From contig CABUJV010000003.1 in NCBI GenBank assembly GCA_902492005.1, positions 1,746-65,745 on the forward strand: DNA of 64,000 bases. Direction: 5' to 3'. The notes below the pieces were generated by a model, which was given only the letters and a program-made list of their open reading frames with translations, was not told where the DNA came from and searched no databases. Of the stretch, positions 40,906 through 51,928 are shown one piece after another. The number at the start of each line of letters is the position of its first letter. Within the stretch, counting starts at the first letter, position 1. The DNA comes from an uncultured Eubacteriales bacterium (GTDB lineage: Bacteria; Bacillota; Clostridia; Oscillospirales; Oscillospiraceae). Both the position numbers and the translations under genes were made by a program.

Positions 40906-41796
40906 ATGAGAAACCCTGTATTCACCGGCGCCTGTCCTGCCATTGTCACCCCCTTCGACGCCAGCGGCGCCGTCAACTATACCGCACTGGAAAAGCTGAT
41001 TGACCATGTTATCGAGGCCGGTGTGGATGCGATCTGTGTCTGCGGCACTACCGGCGAATGCTCCACCCTCAGCCTCCGCGAGCACATCGCCGTGGTGGAG
41101 CACAGCGTCAAGTACATCAATCACCGGGTCAAGGTCATCGCCGGCGCGGGCAGCAACGACACATCCGCCGCCGTCTACCTGTCCCAGCACGCGCAGGACT
41201 CCGGCGCCGATGCCCTGCTCCATGTCACCCCCTACTACAACAAGTGCTCCCAGGCCGGTCTCATCAAGCACTATGAGTACATCGCCGACCGCGTGGAGCT
41301 GCCCATCATCCTCTACAACGTTCCCTCCCGTACCGGCGTTTCCTTTACTGCCGAGACCTATCAGGTCCTGTCTCAGAATCCCCAAATCAACGGCGTCAAG
41401 GAGGCCTCCGGCAACTTTTCCCTGCTGGCCCACACCCGCCACCTGTGCGGCGATGATTTCTACGTCTGGTCGGGCAACGACGACCAGACCGTGCCTATGA
41501 TGGCCTTGGGCGCCAAGGGCGTCATCTCTGTTGTGGCGAATGTGGCGCCCAAGCTGATGGTGGATATGACCCACCTCTGTCTGGCCGGCGACTATGTGTC
41601 CGCCTCCAAGCTGCAGATCGAAAATATGGACTTCATCGACGCCCTCTTCCTGGAGGTCAATCCCATTCCCGTCAAGGCTGCCATGAATCTGATGGGTATG
41701 GAGGCCGGCGGGCTGCGTCTGCCTCTGTGCGATATGTCGGAGGGTAATCTGGAAAAAATGAAGGCTGCCATGGCCCGCATTGGACTGCTCCGCTGA
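40906..41796 (+). CDS. dapA: 4-hydroxy-tetrahydrodipicolinate synthase
   Basis: GTTGE, PYYNK, YNVPSRT, GVKEASG. Confidence 0.95.
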   Translation: MRNPVFTGACPAIVTPFDASGAVNYTALEKLIDHVIEAGVDAICVCGTTGECSTLSLREHIAVVEHSVKYINHRVKVIAGAGSNDTSAAVYLSQHAQDSGADALLHVTPYYNKCSQAGLIKHYEYIADRVELPIILYNVPSRTGVSFTAETYQVLSQNPQINGVKEASGNFSLLAHTRHLCGDDFYVWSGNDDQTVPMMALGAKGVISVVANVAPKLMVDMTHLCLAGDYVSASKLQIENMDFIDALFLEVNPIPVKAAMNLMGMEAGGLRLPLCDMSEGNLEKMKAAMARIGLLR

Positions 41797-41880
41797 GGAT
41801 CGGAAAAACGCCCTGTGGGGCGGCCCGCTGCGGGCCGCCCCACAGCCATATAGATCGCGGAAAGGACTGTGAAAATCAGA

Positions 41881-42648
41881 ATGCTCAGACTTATTATTTC
41901 CGGCTGCAACGGCCACATGGGCCGCATCGTCTCCGCCCTCTGCGAGACTGCTCCGGATCTCACCGCTGCCGCCGGCTTTGATCTTCTGGGAACTGCCGAC
42001 CGGGAATTCCCCGTCTTCTCCTCCCCCGCTGAATTTTCCGGCGAGGCCGACGTAGTCGTGGACTTCTCCAGCACCGCCGCTCTTACCCCTCTGCTGGCCT
42101 TCTGCGTGGCCAGAAAGCTCCCTCTCGTGCTGTGTACCACCGGCTTCAGCGAGGCACAGCTCGTTGAGATTGAATTGGCAGCCGCAGCCATCCCCATCTT
42201 CCGCTCCGCCAACATGTCCCTGGGCGTCAGCGTCCTCCAGGCCCTGGTCAAAAAGGCCGCCGCTGTCCTGGAGGACTATGACATTGAGATTGTAGAGCGT
42301 CACCACAGCCGCAAGGTGGATGCCCCCAGCGGCACGGCCCTCATGCTGGCCGATGCCGCGGCCTCCGCGCGGTCCCTGCCGTCAGAATATATCTATGCCC
42401 GCCACAGCGTCCGCCGGCCCAGAGGCCGCGATGAGATCGGGATCTCCTCTGTGCGGGGCGGAACCATCGTAGGGGAGCACGAGGTCATCTTTGCTGGGCG
42501 GGACGAAGTGATTGAGCTGCGCCATTCCGCCCAATCCCGGGAAATCTTTGCCAGCGGCGCGCTCCAGGCGGCGCGTTTTTTGGCCGTGCCCGGACGCCGG
42601 CCCGGATTCTACAACATGTCGGATCTGGTCGCCTCTGTCACAGAGTAA
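41881..42648 (+). CDS. dapB: 4-hydroxy-tetrahydrodipicolinate reductase
   Basis: GCNGHMG, ERHHSRKVDAPSGTA. Confidence 0.95.
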   Translation: MLRLIISGCNGHMGRIVSALCETAPDLTAAAGFDLLGTADREFPVFSSPAEFSGEADVVVDFSSTAALTPLLAFCVARKLPLVLCTTGFSEAQLVEIELAAAAIPIFRSANMSLGVSVLQALVKKAAAVLEDYDIEIVERHHSRKVDAPSGTALMLADAAASARSLPSEYIYARHSVRRPRGRDEIGISSVRGGTIVGEHEVIFAGRDEVIELRHSAQSREIFASGALQAARFLAVPGRRPGFYNMSDLVASVTE

Positions 42649-42684
42649 AAAAGAGCTCCGGCCCCGTGAGGGCCGGAGCTCTTT

Positions 42685-43857
42685 TCAGTTTTCTTCTTCT
42701 GATCCTCTGCCTGTGGGCAGCGGATTTCCGTCTGCATCGATGCCCTTGCTCTCCAGCCTGGCGTTGGTCCACTCCCGCACCAGGGAGTAGAGCACCGCAA
42801 AGGTTGGGACGCCCAGCAGCATCCCAGGGAAACCGAACAGCCCGCCGCCGACCACGATGGCGACCAGCACCCAGATGGCGGACAGGCCCGTGCTGTCTCC
42901 CAAAATCTTGGGCCCCAGGATATTACCGTCGAACTGCTGCAGCGCAATGACCAACACGCCGAAGCGCAGAGCGGCCCACGGGTCCACGATGAGCAGGATC
43001 ATAACACAGGGCACAGCCCCAATGATGGGGCCGAAGAACGGGATGATGTTGGTGGCGCCCACGACCACGCTGACCAGGACGGGATAGGGGATGCGGAAAA
43101 TCATCGTCAGAACGAAGCAGAGCGCTCCGATGATCGCAGAGTCGATGAGCTTACCGTTGATAAAGCCCACAAATACCCCGTTCGCTCTGGAGCAGACACT
43201 GAGGAAGCGCTCGGCGCTGGTCTTTGGCGCGATGGCGTAGGTGAGCTTTTTCAGCTGCGGCAACAGCCGCCCCTTTCCCGCCAGCATATAGATGGAGGAG
43301 ATGAGCGCGGTAATCGCCGTGACCACACCGTTTCCCACGGCCACGCCGAAATTCAGGATCTTCGGCATGGCATCGGAGGCCAGACGGGTGATCTTGTTCA
43401 TCAGCTCCTGATAAGAGATCACCAGGTCGGTGATTCCCTCACCCTCCAGATGGAACTGGGCGATGAGGGACTGTACCAGAGTGTTGAGCTGCTCCAGATA
43501 GGTCTGCATATTGATCATCAGGTCTGTGATGCTCTGTACGACCTGGGGTATGATCAGATTGAGCAGGATGGACAGAGCGGCCACACCCAGCAGGTAGACC
43601 GTAACGATGGACAGTCCCCGCCGGTAGCGGAGGTCCCGATAAAGGGTACGCTCAAAAAAGCACATGGGCGAGTTGAGCAGGTATGCGATGACAAACCCCG
43701 TGATAAAGGGCATAAACACCCCCATCACCATGTTGATCTTTGCCCGCACCTCGTCAAAACGGTAGAGGGCAAAAAAGAAGGTAATGCCCAGCAGCACCAC
43801 AATCAGGTTGGATACGGTCTTGGAGTCCAGAGGCCAGGGCTTCTTTTTGATGGCAAT
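42685..43857 (-). CDS. AI-2E family transporter (start uncertain: ATT 43857 or GTG 43800)
   Basis: IAYLLNSP, NIIPFFGP, QQFDGNILGPKILG. Confidence 0.88.
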   Translation of the reverse strand: MAIKKKPWPLDSKTVSNLIVVLLGITFFFALYRFDEVRAKINMVMGVFMPFITGFVIAYLLNSPMCFFERTLYRDLRYRRGLSIVTVYLLGVAALSILLNLIIPQVVQSITDLMINMQTYLEQLNTLVQSLIAQFHLEGEGITDLVISYQELMNKITRLASDAMPKILNFGVAVGNGVVTAITALISSIYMLAGKGRLLPQLKKLTYAIAPKTSAERFLSVCSRANGVFVGFINGKLIDSAIIGALCFVLTMIFRIPYPVLVSVVVGATNIIPFFGPIIGAVPCVMILLIVDPWAALRFGVLVIALQQFDGNILGPKILGDSTGLSAIWVLVAIVVGGGLFGFPGMLLGVPTFAVLYSLVREWTNARLESKGIDADGNPLPTGRGSEEEN

Positions 43858-43959
43858 CCATCCCCTTTCCGGGTGTTCATTGGAGCTGTGCCCATTGTAC
43901 CATGTCTGTCGGATAAAGTCTAATGCATCTTCTTATAAATATGTTTAATCTTTTATGAA

Positions 43960-44001
43960 GATTCTAGCGGCCCGGAGCCGATGCTCCGGGCCGCTAGAAT
44001 C
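43960..44001. terminator. Perfect 19-bp stem hairpin directly after the tyrS stop
   Basis: gattctagcggcccggagc-cgat-gctccgggccgctagaatc. Confidence 0.7.
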
Positions 44002-45228
44002 CTATTCCGCCACCGCCCGGTGGAATACCTTTTTACCCTTTTTCAGCATGAGGCCGTCCCCTCCAAACTGCTCCACAGCAAAGACGGCGGAGGGGTCGGA
44101 GACCTTCTCTCCATTGACGGTCAGACCGCCCTGCTGGACCAGGCGGCGGGCCTCGCCCTTCGAAGCTGTCAAGCCGCACTTGACCATCAGATCCAGCGCG
44201 CCGATCCTGCCGCCGGTAAAATCTCCGGCCGTCAGCGTGGTCGTCGGCATGTGCGCCTTGTCCCCGCCGTCGGCAAACAGGGCGCGGGCCGCATCCTGGG
44301 CCTTCTGCGCCTCCGCCTCGCTGTGGACCTGCTTGGTCAGCTCGAAGGCCAGAATTTCCTTGGCGCGGTTGAGCTGCTCACCCTGCCAATGATCCATCTC
44401 GTCGATCTGCTCCAAGGGCAGGAAGGTCAGCATGCGCAGACACTTAAGCACGTCGGCGTCGCCCACGTTGCGCCAGTATTGGTAGAAATCATAGGGGCTG
44501 GTCTTCTCCGGGTCCAGCCACACGGCGCCGGACTGCGTCTTGCCCATCTTCTTGCCCTCGGAGGTGAGGAGCAGGGTGATGGTCATAGCGTAGGCGTCCT
44601 TGCCCAGCTTGCGCCGGATGAGCTCCGTGCCGCCCAGCATGTTGGACCACTGGTCGTCGCCGCCGCACTGCATGTTGCATCCCACAGTCTGGAACATATG
44701 GTAGAAATCATAGCTCTGCATAATCATATAATTGAATTCCAGGAACGAAAGACCCTTCTCCATGCGCTGCTTATAGCACTCGGCCCGCAGCATATTGTTG
44801 ACGGAGAAGCAGGCCCCCACCTCCCGGAGCAGCTCCACGTAATTGAGCTTCATCAGCCAGTCGGCGTTATTGAGCATCAGGGCCTTGCCCTCAGAAAAGT
44901 CAATAAATTTGCTCATCTGCCTCTTGAAGCAGTCGCAGTTGTGCTGAATGGTCTCCGGCGTCATCATGGTACGCATATCGGTGCGTCCGGAGGGGTCTCC
45001 GATCATGCCCGTACCCCCGCCCACCAGGGCGATAGGCCGGTTGCCCGCCTGCTGGAGCCGCTTCATCAGACACAGCGCCATAAAATGCCCCACATGGAGG
45101 GAATCCGCCGTGGGATCAAAGCCGATATAAAAGGTGGCCTTTCCATTGTTTATGAGTTCCTTGATCTCCTCCTCGTCGGTCACCTGCGCAATAAGGCCCC
45201 GGGCCTTCAATTCGTCGTAAATGGTCAT
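44002..45228 (-). CDS. tyrS: Tyrosine--tRNA ligase
   Basis: [19 protein letters not shown]4 domain. Confidence 0.97.
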   Translation of the reverse strand: MTIYDELKARGLIAQVTDEEEIKELINNGKATFYIGFDPTADSLHVGHFMALCLMKRLQQAGNRPIALVGGGTGMIGDPSGRTDMRTMMTPETIQHNCDCFKRQMSKFIDFSEGKALMLNNADWLMKLNYVELLREVGACFSVNNMLRAECYKQRMEKGLSFLEFNYMIMQSYDFYHMFQTVGCNMQCGGDDQWSNMLGGTELIRRKLGKDAYAMTITLLLTSEGKKMGKTQSGAVWLDPEKTSPYDFYQYWRNVGDADVLKCLRMLTFLPLEQIDEMDHWQGEQLNRAKEILAFELTKQVHSEAEAQKAQDAARALFADGGDKAHMPTTTLTAGDFTGGRIGALDLMVKCGLTASKGEARRLVQQGGLTVNGEKVSDPSAVFAVEQFGGDGLMLKKGKKVFHRAVAE

Positions 45229-45324
45229 CGGTCATTCTCCTTACTTCGATTTTTGTGGACTGCCCAGGCGGTCTCCACCGCCCGGGCTGCTTGTCTGGGA
45301 GGGATTCCTCCATCCTCCCAATAC

Positions 45325-45592
45325 ACAAAAAACACCCCCTGTCCCGTCGGACAGAGGGCGTCGAAAACGCGGTACCACCTCTGGTTCGCTCCCTCCCTCG
45401 CGGGCGGGGCCTCACGCCGTGCCATCACACGACCGCGCTGTAACGGGCGCTTCCCGACTCACCCTACTGCTCTCGGTTCAGGCGGCCGCTCCGAGGGGTA
45501 TTCACGGCCGGCCCCTCTCCCCCTTCCACCAAGCCGGGGGCTCCCTGGGCAGGCAGCCATGCCGCTACTCTTCCTCATCCTTGCGTTGTATG
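45325..45592 (-). promoter_or_regulatory. T-box riboswitch (Tyr)
   Basis: Minus strand AACCAGAGGTGGTACCGCG, specifier GAA-TAC, terminator with U tract; promoter TTGACA-17-TAGAAT (45600-45628). Confidence 0.92.
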
Positions 45593-45624
45593 TGACGGCA
45601 TTCTAGCATACGCCGCCTCAATTG

Positions 45625-46140
45625 TCAACCAAAATTTCTCCATGCCACTCCGGGATTGGCCTCCAGCACCAGCCGCTCAAACCGTTTTTCCTCCTCGGCG
45701 GAGCCAAACGCCCGTCTGGGCAATAAAATATAGCTCTCCTTCCCCTCAAAGAGGAAATAAAAGTCTCTGTTCCGCCAGACCTTTGATACCCGCCAGTCCA
45801 GCAGCACGGCGGTCTCACTGTCCTGCCGGGCGATGTCCTCCCCGGTGAAGCGGAACCGGATGTCCCGGTGCAGCATCGGGTCCCGGTCAAAGATGCGGCC
45901 GGGCTTGAGCAGATATTGATACAGGCTGTAGACCGCCAGCATCACCGCCAGCACGAGGATCATGGTACACAGGAAACTTACCCGCTCCATCAGCAGCGCC
46001 ATCACCACCGAGAGGGCCAGCGCCACGGCAATGACCAGAAGCGGTACCCAGCTCACCAGATGGCGTTTGCGCAGATAGAACCGCAACGCCCGGACATACT
46101 CACTCCGGGAGAGCCGGAAGGCAACCTCGATTCCCATCAT
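45625..46140 (-). CDS. YcxB-like membrane protein
   Basis: Two TM segments, then a beta-rich domain ending ILLPRRAF. Confidence 0.75.
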   Translation of the reverse strand: MMGIEVAFRLSRSEYVRALRFYLRKRHLVSWVPLLVIAVALALSVVMALLMERVSFLCTMILVLAVMLAVYSLYQYLLKPGRIFDRDPMLHRDIRFRFTGEDIARQDSETAVLLDWRVSKVWRNRDFYFLFEGKESYILLPRRAFGSAEEEKRFERLVLEANPGVAWRNFG

Positions 46141-47828
46141 ACCCCTCTCTTATACGCCTGAGCCGCCGCCAGCAGCTCCCCGGCCCCGGCCAGCATGGCG
46201 GGCGTGATATGGGCTCCGCCCGTGAGGCGCGCCAATTCCTCCTGCCGCCGCTGCGGTGTGAGAGGCTCCACCGCTGTATAGGTCCTGCCGTCCCGTTCTC
46301 CCTTCTCCACGGAGAAGTGGGTATCCGCCATGGCGGCGATCTGAGGCAGATGGGTGACGCACAGCACCTGTTTGGTCCGGGCCAAGTCGGCCATCTTCTC
46401 TGCCACCTTCTGCGCGGCCCGGCCGCTGACTCCGGTATCCACCTCGTCAAAGACCAGCGTGGTCACATCGTCGTTTTCTGCCAACACATTTTTCAGCGCC
46501 AGCATAATGCGGGCCAGCTCACCGCCGGAAGCGATCTTTTGGATGGGCTTGAGCGCTTCCCCCACGTTGGCTGACATCAAGAATTGCACCTCGTCCATTC
46601 CGGTGGCGTCCATGCCATGCTCCCCCGCCTTGGGCGCAAAATCCACCTTGAACTGGACCTTTGGCATGTCCAACTGCCGCAGTTCCCTCTGAATGCGCTC
46701 CTCCAGGGCCCGGGCCGCCTCCTGGCGAGATGTGGAAAGTATTTTTCCTTTCTCCTTCGCTGTTTTCAGGGCGCTGGACAGCTTTTTCTCCAGACGGGCC
46801 AGGGTATCGCTGGCGAACTGTATCTCATCCAGCTCCCTGCGGCAGCGTTCCAGGTAAGAGAGCATGTCGGACACCGTATCTCCGTATTTCTTCCGAAGCC
46901 GGTAGATCACGTCCAGACGGCCTTCCACCTCGTCCAGCTCGCCGGGCGCGACGTCAAAGCGGTCCCGCAGATCCCGGACCAGCTCGGCCAGATCATCGGC
47001 GGCATAGCGCAGCTCGGCCGCCTTTCCCCGCAGGTCCGCCATCTCCTCGCTGATCGCCGACGCGGAGGCCAGCGATTGCTCCGCTTCCATGATGAGGGCC
47101 ACGGCCCCCTCTCGCTCGTCATCGCCGGACAGGGACTGGCAGGCTCCCTCCACCGCCTCGATGAGCCTGCCCGCGTTGCGCAGTACGCTTCGTCTGGCGT
47201 TCAGGGCCTCATCCTCGCCCTCCTTCAGATCGGCCCGCTCCAGCTCGCCGATCTGATACTGGAGGCTGTCAATCCGGCGGGATTTCTCCGCCTCATCCAT
47301 CTGGAGGGCTGCCATCTCCCGCTGGATGGCGTTCATGGCGTCATAGGCCGCCCGAAACGCCGCCAGAGCTGGCTCCAGCCCCCCGAAGCGGTCCAGGTAG
47401 TCCAGGTGACAGGCTGGGTCCAAAAGCTGCTGACCGTCGTGCTGGCCGTGAATATTCAAAAGCTGCCGCCCCAGCTCCCGGAGCTGGGAGACCGTCAAAG
47501 GGCGCCCGTTCAAACGGCAGAGGTTCTTCCCGTCCGCCTGGATCTCCCGCTGGAGGAGCAGGACGCCCTCCGCATCCGGCCCGGCGCCATTTTCCCGAAA
47601 CCACGCCAAGTCGGGCAGTCCGGTAAACTCCGCGCTGACAAAAGCCGCTCTGGCACCGGTGCGGATCAGATCCCGGGAGGTCCGCTCGCCGATGATGGCG
47701 CCAATGGCATCCACCACGATGGACTTGCCGGCGCCTGTCTCGCCCGTCAGGGCATTGAAACCGGAGCCGAACGGAATGTCTGCCGACTCGATCACTGCGA
47801 TATTCTCAATGTGGAGCAGGGAAAGCAC
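46137..47828 (-). CDS. recN: DNA repair protein RecN
   Basis: TGETGAGKS, ASGGELAR, FDEVDTG, THLPQ. Confidence 0.96.
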   Translation of the reverse strand: MLSLLHIENIAVIESADIPFGSGFNALTGETGAGKSIVVDAIGAIIGERTSRDLIRTGARAAFVSAEFTGLPDLAWFRENGAGPDAEGVLLLQREIQADGKNLCRLNGRPLTVSQLRELGRQLLNIHGQHDGQQLLDPACHLDYLDRFGGLEPALAAFRAAYDAMNAIQREMAALQMDEAEKSRRIDSLQYQIGELERADLKEGEDEALNARRSVLRNAGRLIEAVEGACQSLSGDDEREGAVALIMEAEQSLASASAISEEMADLRGKAAELRYAADDLAELVRDLRDRFDVAPGELDEVEGRLDVIYRLRKKYGDTVSDMLSYLERCRRELDEIQFASDTLARLEKKLSSALKTAKEKGKILSTSRQEAARALEERIQRELRQLDMPKVQFKVDFAPKAGEHGMDATGMDEVQFLMSANVGEALKPIQKIASGGELARIMLALKNVLAENDDVTTLVFDEVDTGVSGRAAQKVAEKMADLARTKQVLCVTHLPQIAAMADTHFSVEKGERDGRTYTAVEPLTPQRRQEELARLTGGAHITPAMLAGAGELLAAAQAYKRGV

Positions 47829-47853
47829 GCCGCCACCCCCCTTTTCACCGACT

Positions 47854-48306
47854 TCAGTTCAGCATGGTGCGGATCTCTTCGCAGAAAGACGCCGCCTTTT
47901 CGTTGTCCCGCATAATCAGCAGAGCGGTATCGTCTCCCGCCAGGCTGCCCACCAGGCCGCTGATCTCCATTCCGTCGATAGCGGCGCAGGCCGCCGAGGC
48001 CAGGCCGGGCATGGTTTTAATGACCACGATGTTCTGTGCGCGGTCAAAGGAGGTGACTCCCTCCTTGAAAATGGTCCGCAGACGTCCGGCAAAGTTCAGC
48101 GAAGTCTTGCGGCCGGACACCACATACTTATAGGTGCCGTAACCGGTGAGTTCCTTGATCAGATGCAACTCCTTGATATCCCTGGAAATGGTGGCCTGGG
48201 TCGAGCTTACCCCCCTGGTCTTGAGTTCCGAGAGAAGCTGGTCCTGGGTCTCCACATCCACTTCCTCAATGATGCGCAAAATCTCCGCCTGCCGTTTGGA
48301 TTTCAC
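47854..48306 (-). CDS. argR: Arginine repressor
   Basis: TQATISRDIKEL, AGDDT. Confidence 0.95.
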   Translation of the reverse strand: MKSKRQAEILRIIEEVDVETQDQLLSELKTRGVSSTQATISRDIKELHLIKELTGYGTYKYVVSGRKTSLNFAGRLRTIFKEGVTSFDRAQNIVVIKTMPGLASAACAAIDGMEISGLVGSLAGDDTALLIMRDNEKAASFCEEIRTMLN

Positions 48307-48311
48307 GCGTC

Positions 48312-49178
48312 TCAGCCCCTTCCCAATTTCTGATTAATAATCTCGTAAAAGCTCCTTTGCGTCAGCCGCACCACCTGCGTGACGCATTTGGAGCGCCGGA
48401 CCTCTACCACATCACTGCTACACAGCTTAAACGCCCTGCCCCCGTCCACCGACAGATGGGCGCTTTTGCGGGACAGCCGGCCAATCTTCACACGCACCAC
48501 CCGGCTCCGGTCCAGCACCAGGGATTTGGCATGGAGGGCGTGGGCACAGATGGGCGTGACGATGATGTTCTCCGCCGTGGGCTCTACGATGGGACCGCCC
48601 GCCGACATGGAATACGCCGTAGAGCCGGTCGGCGTGGACAAGATTACACCGTCGCCGGAAAAATTGTAAATGGGCACGCCGTCGCCCGAGACGTCCAGGT
48701 CGAGCACCCGGGCCACCGCCCCCTTGGTGATGACCGCGTCGTTGAGCGCCAGGTCCCGGCAGACGATCTCCTTTCCCCGGCGGATCGACACGTCCAGCAT
48801 CATACGGGGCTCCAGCGTATATTTTTTCTCCGCGACACGGCTCAGCAGATCCAATTCACTGTGCTCCAGCTCCGCCATGAACCCCACACTGCCCATGTTT
48901 ACACCCAGCACGGGGACCTTATGGGCGACGGCGTCCCGGGCCGCGTGGAGAATCGTGCCGTCCCCGCCGAAACAAATCAACATATTGGCGTCCTTCAGTT
49001 CTGTCTGCATCGCCCGGAATTCCTGCTGGCTGGGCAGCTCCACGCAGCTGACGCTGTCCAGTGAAAAGGGCAGACACATGCAGGTCCTGATTCCACCCTG
49101 CTCCAGAATGGCACTGGCGCGAAGCGCCGCCTTCAGCCCCCGGTCCCGGTACGGGTTGGGGCTCAAAACCACCTTCAA
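48312..49178 (-). CDS. nadK: NAD(+) kinase
   Basis: GGDGT, TPTGSTAYSMSAGGP. Confidence 0.94.
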   Translation of the reverse strand: MKVVLSPNPYRDRGLKAALRASAILEQGGIRTCMCLPFSLDSVSCVELPSQQEFRAMQTELKDANMLICFGGDGTILHAARDAVAHKVPVLGVNMGSVGFMAELEHSELDLLSRVAEKKYTLEPRMMLDVSIRRGKEIVCRDLALNDAVITKGAVARVLDLDVSGDGVPIYNFSGDGVILSTPTGSTAYSMSAGGPIVEPTAENIIVTPICAHALHAKSLVLDRSRVVRVKIGRLSRKSAHLSVDGGRAFKLCSSDVVEVRRSKCVTQVVRLTQRSFYEIINQKLGRG

Positions 49179-49987
49179 ACGTGTTTCCCTCCCTCAAGCG
49201 TGCTGTGGGACTCCGCCACCAGGGCCGCCAGGTCGCCGCAGCAGGCTTCTCCTGCCCCTGCGGACAGGTAACCAAGGTATTCAATGTTGCCCTCTGGTCC
49301 CCGGATTGGTGAGAAGGTTAATCCCTTTACGGTAAAATCCGCCTCTGCCGCGTGGAGCAAAAACCGCTCCAGTACCTCGAGATGAACGCCCGGTTCCCGC
49401 ACCACGCCCTTTTTCCCCACCTTTTCACGGCCCGCCTCGAACTGCGGCTTTACCAGGCATACCGCATGTCCCTCCGGCTTGAGCAGTCCCCGGAGAGCGG
49501 GCAATATCAGCCGCAGAGAGATAAAGGACACGTCCACACTGGCAAAATCCAACGCATCCGGCACCTGCTCATGAGTCAGATAGCGGGCGTTGGTCCGTTC
49601 CAGGCAGACAACCCGCGGGTCGCTGCGGAGCTTCCAGGCCAACTGCCCATAGCCCACATCCACGGCATAAACCTTCTCCGCCCCATTTTGAAGCATGCAG
49701 TCGGTAAATCCTCCGGTTGAAGCGCCGATATCGCCGCATATCGTCCCCTGGAGCCGGATGGGGAACGTCTTCATCGCTTTTTCCAGCTTAAGACCTCCGC
49801 GGCTCACATAGGCCAGTTCCTGTCCCCGGATCAGAAGCTCCGCCGACTCATCCACCGCCATGCCCGCCTTATCCAGCCGCTGGCCGCCCATAAAAACCAG
49901 ACCGGACATAATAAGGGCCTGGGCCCGCTGGCGGCTCTCCACCATGCCCCGTTCCAACAGCAACACGTCCAGACGCTTTTTACCCAC
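49175..49987 (-). CDS. tlyA: TlyA family rRNA methyltransferase
   Basis: YVSRGGLKL, DIGASTGGFTD, KPQFEAG. Confidence 0.94.
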   Translation of the reverse strand: MGKKRLDVLLLERGMVESRQRAQALIMSGLVFMGGQRLDKAGMAVDESAELLIRGQELAYVSRGGLKLEKAMKTFPIRLQGTICGDIGASTGGFTDCMLQNGAEKVYAVDVGYGQLAWKLRSDPRVVCLERTNARYLTHEQVPDALDFASVDVSFISLRLILPALRGLLKPEGHAVCLVKPQFEAGREKVGKKGVVREPGVHLEVLERFLLHAAEADFTVKGLTFSPIRGPEGNIEYLGYLSAGAGEACCGDLAALVAESHSTLEGGKHV

Positions 49988-51827
49988 GCCGCAAGACCTC
50001 CAATGCCCTCTCATACAACGAGCTGACATCCAGCCCACAGAGCTTTTTCTGTTCCGCCACTGTCCCCTGCGGAATAAAATGCGCTCCGGTGTTGCACAGC
50101 GCCATGGCTCGGGGCGCCAGGCCCGCCATCGCCAGCCCGGCGGCAATCCGCTCTCCCACACAGCCCATGGCGGCGCACTCCTCGGCGACCAAAAGGCGGC
50201 CCGTACGGGCGACCGAGGCCAGCACCGGCTTCAAATCCAACGGCTGGATCTGGTTGAGCTTGATGACCTCCGGGGAGGATCCATCCTGCTTCAGCCGCTC
50301 CGCCGCCGCCAGAACATCGCCGGTCAGAGTTCCATATGTGACAAGTGTAATCCCTTGTCCGGTTTTCAAAAGAAAGGTCTTTTCGCCCCAGTGGTCTGAA
50401 TGATAGCCGGACTCGCCCCCGCGGGGGTAGCGCAGGGCCACCGGTCCTTTTTCTTCCCGGACCGCGTAGAACAGCATCGAGCGCAGCTCGGCAAAGCTGG
50501 CAGGGGCCAGCACCGTCATCCCCGGCACCGTGGCCAGATAAGCCACATCGAACAGGCCGTGGTGGGTCTCGCCGTCCTCTCCCACCAGGCCGGCGCGGTC
50601 AACGCCGAACACCACGTGCAGGCCCTGAATGCCCACATCGTGGAGCAGCATGTCATAGCCCCTCTGCAGGAAGGAAGAATAGACCGCCAGCACCGGCACC
50701 GCCCCCTCCTTGGCCATCCCGGCGGCCATGGCGACAGCGTGCCCCTCTGCAATCCCCACATCAAAATAGCGGTCAGGATAGCAGCGTGAAAATTCCTTCA
50801 GACCGGTCCCGTCCCGCATGGCGGCCGTGATGGCACACAGACGGTTCTCCTGTTCCGCCAGAGCGCACATAGCGGCTCCGAAGGCGCCGGAGAAGCTGGG
50901 CTTGGAGAACTGAAGGGCCTCTCCGGTCTGGATGCAGAACCTGGATACCCCGTGGAACGCGTCCGGATTTTTTTCCGCAGGTGCATAGTCTTTTCCCTTT
51001 ACAGTTCTGACGTGGAGCAGAACTGGTGTTTCCAGATCCCGCGCGTAGCTCAGAAGGCGGGTCAGGCCGCGCACGTCGTGCCCGTCCACCGGTCCCAGAT
51101 AGGTAAAGCCCATGTCCTCAAACATGCTGCAAGGCAGCAGGGTCTCCTTGACCGCCTTTTTGATCTTGTGCGTCACATTATAAACATGCCTGCCCCCCGG
51201 CAGGATTGCCATCGCCCGCCGGTAGCCCTTCTTGAAACGCAGATACTGCGGCTTCAGCCGCTGATGGGCCAGATGCTCCGCCACGCCGCCCACATTTTTC
51301 GTGATGGACATTCCGTTGTCGTTCAGAATGACCAAAATGGGCTCGCCACTCTCACCGGCGTTGGACAGCCCCTCATAGGCCAAGCCGCCGGTCAGCGCGC
51401 CGTCGCCAATCAGGGCGGCTACATGGTAATTCTCCCCCTTCAGCGTCCTCGCCCGGGCCATACCCAGAGCCACAGACACCGAATTGGAGGCGTGTCCGGC
51501 GATAAAGGCGTCGTGGACGCTCTCCTTCGGCTTCGGATAGCCGGACAACCCTCCAAAAGTCCGCAGGGTATCCATCAGCCCGTCCCGGCCAGTCAGTATC
51601 TTGTGGCAGTAACACTGATGCCCCACGTCGAACACCAGCCGGTCCAGACCGGTGTCAAAGACCCGGTGAAAGGCCACCGTCAGTTCCACCGCCCCCAAGT
51701 TGGAGGCCAAATGCCCTCCGGTGCGGGACACCACATCCAGCAGCCGGGCCCTCAGCCGGGCGCAGAGGGCCTCCGCCTCCGCATCGCTGATGTTATGCAG
51801 GTCAGGAATCTCATCGAATTCTATCAA
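49980..51827 (-). CDS. dxs: 1-deoxy-D-xylulose-5-phosphate synthase
   Basis: GGHLASNLG, DVGHQ, GDGALTGG..ND, DRAGLVGEDG. Confidence 0.95.
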   Translation of the reverse strand: MIEFDEIPDLHNISDAEAEALCARLRARLLDVVSRTGGHLASNLGAVELTVAFHRVFDTGLDRLVFDVGHQCYCHKILTGRDGLMDTLRTFGGLSGYPKPKESVHDAFIAGHASNSVSVALGMARARTLKGENYHVAALIGDGALTGGLAYEGLSNAGESGEPILVILNDNGMSITKNVGGVAEHLAHQRLKPQYLRFKKGYRRAMAILPGGRHVYNVTHKIKKAVKETLLPCSMFEDMGFTYLGPVDGHDVRGLTRLLSYARDLETPVLLHVRTVKGKDYAPAEKNPDAFHGVSRFCIQTGEALQFSKPSFSGAFGAAMCALAEQENRLCAITAAMRDGTGLKEFSRCYPDRYFDVGIAEGHAVAMAAGMAKEGAVPVLAVYSSFLQRGYDMLLHDVGIQGLHVVFGVDRAGLVGEDGETHHGLFDVAYLATVPGMTVLAPASFAELRSMLFYAVREEKGPVALRYPRGGESGYHSDHWGEKTFLLKTGQGITLVTYGTLTGDVLAAAERLKQDGSSPEVIKLNQIQPLDLKPVLASVARTGRLLVAEECAAMGCVGERIAAGLAMAGLAPRAMALCNTGAHFIPQGTVAEQKKLCGLDVSSLYERALEVLRRG

Positions 51828-51928
51828 GGCGCACCTCCCGGCGCGGCGGGATACTCCCAAGGCCGCTCTTGCCGGTCTCTATGTTTTTAAAATAGTATAT
51901 CATATTGAATAAAAAACCGCAAATGTAC

